Source: Syntrophales bacterium
GTDB lineage: Bacteria > Desulfobacterota > Syntrophia > Syntrophales > UBA5619
NCBI GenBank assembly: GCA_023229765.1
Contig: JALNYO010000001.1
Span: forward strand, 66,569-130,568
Reading direction: 5' to 3'
Length of the DNA stretch: 64,000 bases
The notes under the pieces were generated by a model. The model was not told where the DNA came from and ran no database searches. It saw only the letters and a program-made list of their open reading frames with translations. Below, in pieces: positions 27,887 to 34,148 of the stretch. Every line of letters begins with the position of its first letter. Position 1 is the first letter of the stretch. Position numbers and translations under genes: made by a program.

Positions 27887-27996
27887 CGGACAGGGGATTG
27901 GATAGGAGAAAAAACCAGCAGCCGTCAAATATCCCTGCCCTGCCAGCATCCTTAATGTTGAGCGGCAGGAAAGGCATTTAATCAGGAGGTGTACAG

Positions 27997-28941
27997 ATGA
28001 AAATTCTACGAACGCCCGAGGAACGATTCAAGAATCTCCCCGCTTATCCTTTCGAACCCCAATATGTCGAGGTTCCTGACGGGGAGGGTGCAACCCTGAG
28101 AATACATTATGTAGATGAGGGGCCCCGGGATGCCGGGATTGTTTTGATGATGCATGGGGAGCCCTCCTGGTCTTTTCTCTATCGGAAGATGATTCCCGTC
28201 CTTGTGAGAGCAGGCCAGCGGGTGATTGCCCCCGACCTGGTCGGTTTTGGCAGGTCGGATAAGCCGGCCAGCCGCAATGATTATACGTATGAGCGCCATG
28301 TGAACTGGATGCTTTCGTTGCTTTCGGGCCTCCGACTCAACAGGATAACGCTGGTCTGCCAGGATTGGGGGGGGCTTGTCGGGCTTCGTCTGGTTGCGGC
28401 GAACCCGGATCTCTTCGAGCGGGTTGTCGCCGCCAATACGGGCATGCCCACGGGAGACAATCAAATATCCGCCGCCTTTCTGGAATGGCAGAAATATTCA
28501 CTGAAAGTTCCCCAGTTCGATGTGGGAGGCATCATGAAAATGGCCAATTTGACGGCAGGCCCGGACAACCCTCTGCCTATCCTTTCCGACGAGGTTGTTG
28601 CCGCCTACAATGCGCCTTTCCCCGATGAGTCGTACAAGGAAGGCGCGCGCATCTTCCCGTCGCTGGTCCCGACAAGACCGGACGATCCTTCGTCGTTGGC
28701 CAACCGCAAGGCATGGGAAGTCCTGGCCACTTTCAACAGGCCTTTCCTGACGGCATTCAGCGATGGCGATCCCATCACCCGCGGTGGCGAGCACATTCTG
28801 CAACAGAGGATTTCTGGGGCTCAGGGGCAGCCCCATACGACAATTAAAGGGGCTGGGCACTTTCTTCAGGAAGACAAGGGAGAGGAGTTTGCCGGGGTCA
28901 TTGTGGATTTCATCGCCAAAACCCCGACGCGGGTTCATTAA
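27997..28941 (+). CDS. dhmA: Haloalkane dehalogenase (alpha/beta hydrolase, HLD-I type)
   Basis: MHGEPSWSFLYRKMIP...APDLVGFGRSDKP...LVCQDWGG (nucleophile Asp)...GAGHFLQED (catalytic His). Confidence 0.85.
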   Translation: MKILRTPEERFKNLPAYPFEPQYVEVPDGEGATLRIHYVDEGPRDAGIVLMMHGEPSWSFLYRKMIPVLVRAGQRVIAPDLVGFGRSDKPASRNDYTYERHVNWMLSLLSGLRLNRITLVCQDWGGLVGLRLVAANPDLFERVVAANTGMPTGDNQISAAFLEWQKYSLKVPQFDVGGIMKMANLTAGPDNPLPILSDEVVAAYNAPFPDESYKEGARIFPSLVPTRPDDPSSLANRKAWEVLATFNRPFLTAFSDGDPITRGGEHILQQRISGAQGQPHTTIKGAGHFLQEDKGEEFAGVIVDFIAKTPTRVH

Positions 28942-29043
28942 CCTAAAAAAGAGAAGCTGCTGGAACTGGAACTTGCTCAGGCGGCTAAGGATCTCTGGGG
29001 CGATTATGAATAAAAGGGCAATTAGTTGGTGGATTCTGGATCT

Positions 29044-29093
29044 GCATCCCCCTTGCCTCTCCCGCTAAGGAAAGGCAAGGGATGCGATTTTTA
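29044..29093 (+). terminator. Hairpin terminator between the convergent dehalogenase and GcvH-like genes
   Basis: GCATCCC(cc)TTGCC-16 nt-GGCAAGGGATGC (12 bp with a 2 nt bulge) followed by GATTTTTA. Confidence 0.5.
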
Positions 29094-29909
29094 TGAGGCT
29101 TTATGCCGGGAAACAACTGAATCCAGAATCTGGACAAGCTGTTTTGAATTGATCGAACGGAGCAGGTCTATCAGGTTGGTTACCCGGGCGCCTCCATCCT
29201 GCATGGTGGGGCCGACTTGGGACGAGCTCATTTTCATAAGCGAGCATACCCTGTTGGAGATATCGTTTTCCTCCCGGTGTTTCCAGAAGAGCGCTTTTCT
29301 CCCGAAAAAGAGTTTTTTAAAATCGTTTTCGAGATTGTCCGGTTTGATCGTAACGAGCCAGCCATTTCCCTGCGGATCGGAGGTGAGCAGCCCCGGGTTG
29401 TTTTTAAGACGGTAATTGGTCGCGATAATGATCCCCGAAACGGGAGAAATCACCGGCAATACGTAATCTCCCTGAATAATGTGGGCAAAACATTCTCCAG
29501 CGCCGGTGAAAGAGCCCTCCGCGGGCAGGATTACCAACTGCACGTTGGAGATAAGCATCGTGATAAGTGAATCCAAACCGATCCGCACCTTTTCCTGGGT
29601 TTCCACCTTTACCCAGCAGTGATCAGGATGAAAGAGGAAGGAGCCGTTGTCGAGCTGGTATGACGGATCGTCGAAAAACGACCCCTCCTCTTCTATTTCC
29701 GATGATTCGGAAAAATTGCTGTCCCCCCCGTTTTTCATTGCGCGGTCGAAAGGGCAGGTCTCGCAGTGGTCGTTTCTGTCGCACAGCTTGTAGGATACGA
29801 GCCCTGTTTTCATCCAGACGCATTTGTTTTCTTCTGCTGGAATTAGGGGATAACTTTTGCACTTTGAGCTCATTGAATCCATCTCTGCACCTTTTATTCC
29901 TTCAAGCAT
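29091..29909 (-). CDS. GcvH-like (lipoyl-domain fold) protein with an N-terminal Cys4 motif and no lipoyl lysine
   Basis: C-x12-C-x5-C-x2-C (CVWMKTGLVSYKLCDRNDHCETCPFD), then an H-protein-like core HCWVKVE..VRIGLDSL...LP..G...SPVSGIIIATNYRLKNNPGLLTSDPQGNGWLVTIKP. The position aligned to the GcvH lipoyl-Lys is Asp. The C-terminal region carries VGPTMQDGG. Confidence 0.7.
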   Translation of the reverse strand: MLEGIKGAEMDSMSSKCKSYPLIPAEENKCVWMKTGLVSYKLCDRNDHCETCPFDRAMKNGGDSNFSESSEIEEEGSFFDDPSYQLDNGSFLFHPDHCWVKVETQEKVRIGLDSLITMLISNVQLVILPAEGSFTGAGECFAHIIQGDYVLPVISPVSGIIIATNYRLKNNPGLLTSDPQGNGWLVTIKPDNLENDFKKLFFGRKALFWKHREENDISNRVCSLMKMSSSQVGPTMQDGGARVTNLIDLLRSINSKQLVQILDSVVSRHKAS

Positions 29910-29915
29910 CTCTAT

Positions 29916-30611
29916 TTAAGAAACCAGGAAGAAATCTTTTACCAGCTTATCCCAGTTCTCCGGATCCATGTTTCTGGCAATGCCGTCCACCGGCACACCA
30001 CCATCCTGAGAAAGTGCTCCCAGGTTGTAATTTCCCCGGGCCAGAAGGCTGTCTCTGACGCCATCCATCCATTTTATGGCCAGATCTCCGGTCAGAAGAT
30101 TTTTCAGGTTGGATGAAACCCTCGGGGATTGAACCTTGATCAGCCAGGACTGCCCATAAGGATCGCTGTTTACCCCGGCGGGAGATTTCAGCAGGGCTTC
30201 GTTTACGGCAACTATTTTACCGTCAACGGGGGAGAGCATATCAATCAGTTTTGAGCCTACCTGCACGCTCCACCCCTTTTCTCCCTGGGCGACTTCGGCG
30301 CCAACCTGCGGAAGATTGATTGAATCTATTTTGCCGAGCATTTTCTGTGCGAAGTCATCCATTCCCACCTTCATGATGTTTCCTTCCTCGGGCGTCGCCC
30401 AGCTATGCCCCTGGTGGAAAAACATCCCCTGAGCCGGCATGCTGAACCAGTTGCCGATTGCCGAAACGGCGTTGGCAACTCCTTGGTAAACCGCCTCAAC
30501 GGGTCCTTTCAAAAAATTCCAGAACACAACAAAGGTAGCCAGCACCGCGATTATCACCAGATATTCAATGCCCTTGGTGGCGAATATGTCAACGTAGGTG
30601 AACCCTTCCAT
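29916..30611 (-). CDS. Membrane-anchored GcvH-like protein
   Basis: N-terminal TM helix IEYLVIIAVLATFVVFWNFL. The core is HQGHSWATPEEGNIMKVGMDDFAQKMLGKIDSINLPQVGAEV...SPVDGKIVAVNEALLKSPAGVNSDPYGQSWLIKV. The Lys is displaced by one residue from the lipoyl position (GSKL versus SVKA). The C-terminal region carries LGALSQDGG. Confidence 0.7.
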   Translation of the reverse strand: MEGFTYVDIFATKGIEYLVIIAVLATFVVFWNFLKGPVEAVYQGVANAVSAIGNWFSMPAQGMFFHQGHSWATPEEGNIMKVGMDDFAQKMLGKIDSINLPQVGAEVAQGEKGWSVQVGSKLIDMLSPVDGKIVAVNEALLKSPAGVNSDPYGQSWLIKVQSPRVSSNLKNLLTGDLAIKWMDGVRDSLLARGNYNLGALSQDGGVPVDGIARNMDPENWDKLVKDFFLVS

Positions 30612-30632
30612 TATATAATCCCCCTTTCTTTA

Positions 30633-31976
30633 TCAGGAACGTTTAGTGTTTTTGTCTTGTTCAAGCAGCACACCGCCGTCGGCCATCGTGACACCCAGGC
30701 CCGGGGCAAGCGCGGGAGCATTGGCTTCAGCTTCCATTTCCCTATCCTGTTCCACCGCCCATTGCGGGGAGTGCTTCAATATCGGCAGCCGATTTACGAG
30801 CCATCGGAAAACCCAGACCATCAAAAGGACGATCGACGCGGTAATGGTTACCTCCATCCAGGTCGGGATATACCGTTCACTAAAAGGCAGGTACCATTTG
30901 AAGGCAAGTATCGAATAGTCGATCCGGTTGAAGATCACCCCCGCCATGGTAATGTAGGCGGCAACCCGGATAGGCGTTCGGTTGACCTTTTTTACGCCCC
31001 AGGTGAACAGGGCAATCGGGAGAAGCAGGAAGCCGAACATTTCCGTCAGATACCAGTAGCCCATTCCGGTATTCAGAAGATTCCAGTGCTGGCCGTGAAC
31101 CAGCAGAATCACCTGCAGGAAAAAGTAAACGAACATGCCGACCGCGCAGGCCTTGCCCAGGTCGATCTCGATATTTTTCCATGATTCGCGATACTCCTCG
31201 TCAACCCGATCCTTGCCGAAGACGCGGAAGCTCAAATTGCCGATGAAGATGACTACGGAAAGCCCGGCGTAAATACTCGATACAAAAAACAGCAGTGGGA
31301 TGAATTCATTGTACCACAAAGGATGGACCTTCCATTTGGCCATCAGAAACAGCGCGCCTAAGCCGGACTGATGCAGCGTGGAGAGCGTAACCCCGAAGAT
31401 GACTGCGCCGAGGCTTACCGACATGAAGAACTTGCGCATCTTTCTCAACCCCAGCCATTCAGCGAAAGCCGGAGCCAGCTCAAAGAACTGCGCGATCATG
31501 TAGAGCAGGAAATGCCAGGCGATCAGAAACAGGACGGAATTGACGCCGAACTTGTTGCCAATGATCGGATTATAGATTTGCCACCAGCGTCCGCAATCGA
31601 GCAGAATTGCCCCAGCGTAGAACATATACGCCAGAAACCCATTCAGAACAGCCAGCCTGACTATGGCGTGATACTTTTCGCCTCCCAGCACGTAAACGAC
31701 AAAGGCGCTTACATACGCCCCTCCGGCGAAGGCAACCCCGACCATCACGATGAACCCGATCCAGATTCCCCAAGGGTATTCAGGGACTTCATGCACTACC
31801 GAGCCTAGCCCCATCGCGAGCCGGTAAATAACCAAAATGATGCCGGCAAAAATTATGGCGCCGGAAATGATATTAAACGGGGTGAGAACCTTCCCTTTCG
31901 GTTTGAATTCACCCTTCAAAAAAGTCAGAAGTTCCTTGAAGCTCTTTGTTTCCCGGTTAGTCGCTAAGCTGTTCAT
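30633..31976 (-). CDS. NrfD/PsrC/HybB-family integral membrane quinone-interacting subunit with a C-terminal tail
   Basis: 447 aa with about 10 TM helices, and translationally coupled to the upstream FeS gene (ATGA overlap). The hydrophilic C-terminal tail ends ...APGLGVTMADGGVLLEQDKNTKRS. Confidence 0.75.
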   Translation of the reverse strand: MNSLATNRETKSFKELLTFLKGEFKPKGKVLTPFNIISGAIIFAGIILVIYRLAMGLGSVVHEVPEYPWGIWIGFIVMVGVAFAGGAYVSAFVVYVLGGEKYHAIVRLAVLNGFLAYMFYAGAILLDCGRWWQIYNPIIGNKFGVNSVLFLIAWHFLLYMIAQFFELAPAFAEWLGLRKMRKFFMSVSLGAVIFGVTLSTLHQSGLGALFLMAKWKVHPLWYNEFIPLLFFVSSIYAGLSVVIFIGNLSFRVFGKDRVDEEYRESWKNIEIDLGKACAVGMFVYFFLQVILLVHGQHWNLLNTGMGYWYLTEMFGFLLLPIALFTWGVKKVNRTPIRVAAYITMAGVIFNRIDYSILAFKWYLPFSERYIPTWMEVTITASIVLLMVWVFRWLVNRLPILKHSPQWAVEQDREMEAEANAPALAPGLGVTMADGGVLLEQDKNTKRS

Positions 31977-32860
31977 CTCATCCCTCCCTCTTCAACTTTT
32001 ACTTTTGCCTTGCGTTTAGTTATCGTAGCTATCGCGCTCATAAAGGCGGGCCACAAAAGAAGTATGACAGGCACACTGTACAGGAAGCCTTTTGTATATT
32101 CGGGATAAGCTGTTGTTCCAATGTCGTTTCTGAATCCGATCTGCTCGAAAGGCACCGACGAGATGTACATATAACCGGTGCCGCCGGCCTCGTTTTCGCC
32201 GTAGATGTGGTGGTAGTAATTCTTTTCGTCGCCGTAAATGCGTCGGTTGGCTTCGTCGATCATCTCTCTTCTCGTGCCGAAGGTAAGTGCGTAGGCGGGG
32301 CACGCTTCCACGCAGGCAGGCTCCAGACCTTTCTGCGTCCGGCTGTAGCACATGTCGCATTTGTGCAGTTCCGGGAAGGCCGAATGTTCAAATTTCGGAA
32401 TGTCGAAGGGGCAGGACGTCATGCAGTAACGGCAGCCGATACAGTTGTCATTCCAGGTGACGGCGCCTTCATCATGCTTTTCCATCGCCTTGACGGGACA
32501 TGCCGAAACGCAGGCGGGCTGGTTGCAGTGCATGCACTGCTTCTTGACAAAAACCTCTCCTTTATCTGTTTGAAAATGGTTTACTGCCTCAAGCTGGTGC
32601 GCATTGGTGGTCCTTCTTTTGTCGAAAACGGAAGAATCGTCGATATTGGGAACTTGCAGGCCATGCGCCTCGGCGCACGCCTTTTCACAGCTCCTGCAAC
32701 CTACGCAGCGCGTCGTATCGACGAGCACTCCTACAAATTCTTTATCCGATACCGGGGCGCTTGCCTCCGCCTTTACCGGCAACAATGTGCCGGCCGCGCT
32801 TACGCCGATGCCCGCACCCACGCCTTTTAGAAAAGTCCTCCTGTCGATTCCCATAATCAC
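31973..32860 (-). CDS. Tat-exported 4x[4Fe-4S] ferredoxin-like subunit (NrfC/HybA/DsrO type) with a C-terminal TM anchor
   Basis: Twin-arginine signal IDRRTFLKGVGAG...AEA. Four cluster motifs: CVGCRSCEKAC, CMHCNQPACVSACP, CIGCRYCMTSCP, CDMC...ACVEACP. C-terminal helix LYSVPVILLLWPAFMSAIATI. Confidence 0.85.
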   Translation of the reverse strand: MIMGIDRRTFLKGVGAGIGVSAAGTLLPVKAEASAPVSDKEFVGVLVDTTRCVGCRSCEKACAEAHGLQVPNIDDSSVFDKRRTTNAHQLEAVNHFQTDKGEVFVKKQCMHCNQPACVSACPVKAMEKHDEGAVTWNDNCIGCRYCMTSCPFDIPKFEHSAFPELHKCDMCYSRTQKGLEPACVEACPAYALTFGTRREMIDEANRRIYGDEKNYYHHIYGENEAGGTGYMYISSVPFEQIGFRNDIGTTAYPEYTKGFLYSVPVILLLWPAFMSAIATITKRKAKVKVEEGGMR

Positions 32861-32998
32861 TAGCTCCTTTTCTTCTCAATTTTTTCTGTCGCCCCGTTTA
32901 TGCCGGAACGCTTCAAGATTCTTTCCTCGCCTTTTCCGCCGTCTGCCTCTCCTTTTCTTGTCGAATCCGACAGGCGGCATCCTGTAAATGAACACATT

Positions 32999-33232
32999 TT
33001 ATTTTTTCTCTTTCTCTTTCTCAATTGCAGCGCCGCCGTCGGCCATTGTTACGCCGAGCTGCCCTTTGAAAGCCACGGCATTAACCTCGCCGTTCCTTTC
33101 CCTGGTCCTCGTTAAGATGTCCATCCCCCTGGATATCGCAACATATCCTACAGACGTCATGGCGCCTATAATCCAAAACAGGGGCATGATTAAACCTAAC
33201 GCTAAAAGAATGATGATGACTGCTGTACTCAT
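32999..33232 (-). CDS. Small (77 aa) membrane protein carrying the LGVTMADGG tail motif
   Basis: One or two N-terminal TM helices (AVIIILLALGLIMPLFWIIGAMTSVGYVAI) and a tail ...KGQLGVTMADGGAAIEKEKEKK. The 9-aa motif is identical to the NrfD-like tail but is encoded with 5 synonymous codon differences. An RBS AGGAGGA lies upstream of the ATG. Confidence 0.65.
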   Translation of the reverse strand: MSTAVIIILLALGLIMPLFWIIGAMTSVGYVAISRGMDILTRTRERNGEVNAVAFKGQLGVTMADGGAAIEKEKEKK

Positions 33233-33364
33233 GGTGTCCTCCTTTTCTATGATTTCTCATTTTTGAGTGTCAATGTGCGTCCGCCGCTATTGAATTTTCC
33301 GTTCGACCCTTTTAGGCTTTGCTCAATCTCTATTCACCGTTACTTTTACCCTTTGCTTTCTGTT

Positions 33365-33381
33365 AAACAACATTCATGCCA
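33365..33381 (-). promoter_or_regulatory. Weak sigma54-like -24/-12 candidate for the redox operon
   Basis: The minus strand reads TGGCATGAATGTTGTTT against the consensus TGGCACG-N4-TTGCW, so the -12 GC is GT. It lies about 135 nt upstream of the small-protein ATG. No EBP gene is in the window. Confidence 0.2.
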
Positions 33382-33487
33382 GAAAATATAAACTTCTGAT
33401 AATAATTAAATTATAATGTCTAAACAGCAACTTATATTAATGCATAACTACTGGTAGAAGAACGCCGGGGAAGAGACATGCCAGATA

Positions 33488-33529
33488 CTGTTAATTATAT
33501 TTACATGCCCATGTATAAAATATTAACAG
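33488..33529. promoter_or_regulatory. 42 bp imperfect palindrome CTGTTAAT...TACATG-CC-CATGTA...ATTAACAG
   Basis: The outer 8 bp arms and the inner 6 bp arms are perfect inverted repeats, read directly. It lies in the AT-rich intergenic region upstream of the redox operon. Confidence 0.4.
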
Positions 33530-33706
33530 TATTTGTAAGCATCAGGGATAACAGGGTAATTATAAATATTATTAATTTCCCTTAAATATCAATGTATTAA
33601 ATAAATAATTTATTGTATCAAAATAAAATGTTGTTTTATGTCGTGTGGTTGGTAAGAAGAAGCCGTAGTTTCTGGAGGGGGCCAGCTGCTGCGTTACCGT
33701 AAAAAT

Positions 33707-33725
33707 GTGTTAAATATATTAACAC
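33707..33725. promoter_or_regulatory. Perfect palindrome GTGTTAA-ATATA-TTAACAC
   Basis: Read directly. It shares the TGTTAA/TTAACA half-site with the palindrome at 33488-33529. Confidence 0.4.
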
Positions 33726-33926
33726 TCGCTTCTCAGGCGCACCGGGCAGAGATGTTCAATCTCTCCAAGCTTTCTGGCTGATGGTGCGATCCCAGCGGTA
33801 TAATAAGCTGTTATAATAATTATTAACATCAACATCATACGGCTATTTTTTTCATATTGCCAGCCGGAAGGAACGGGAACTGCCGGTCGTTTAGAGCCAT
33901 CTGCAAATTACAGATGTCATTTACGA

Positions 33927-33954
33927 TTGACATTTCCTGCGCGACTGATAATAT
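33927..33954 (+). promoter_or_regulatory. Candidate sigma70 promoter of the mla operon
   Basis: TTGACA (33927-33932), a 16 nt spacer, then TAATAT (33949-33954). This implies a leader of about 190 nt before mlaE. Confidence 0.45.
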
Positions 33955-34148
33955 ACCGCCAGGCGAAATCGGCGACGGATTTTTGATATTAGCCTCAAAG
34001 CCCAAAGCAGGGCACAAAATAAGGGTGAAATTGCCACCCGGCAAAATGATTGGCAGGGAATATTGGGGTGTTACTTTAGGCAAACCTTTTATTAAATCGG
34101 CTCTGTACATGTATTTAAAAACAGATTGCCAATGATGGATTGCAAGTT

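Noticed and set aside
29916-30611. Annotating the GcvH-like genes as genuine glycine-cleavage H protein (gcvH)
   Set aside because: There are no gcvT or gcvP genes nearby. The lipoyl-lysine is absent or displaced. Both proteins have extra membrane or Cys-rich modules and sit in a respiratory-type operon.
33835-34135. Overlapping 91-aa (-) and 92-aa (+) ORFs upstream of mlaE
   Set aside because: They are mutually antisense, lack an RBS and motifs, and sit where a sigma70-like promoter (33927-33954) predicts an untranslated mla leader. I also could not match the leader to any riboswitch I know.
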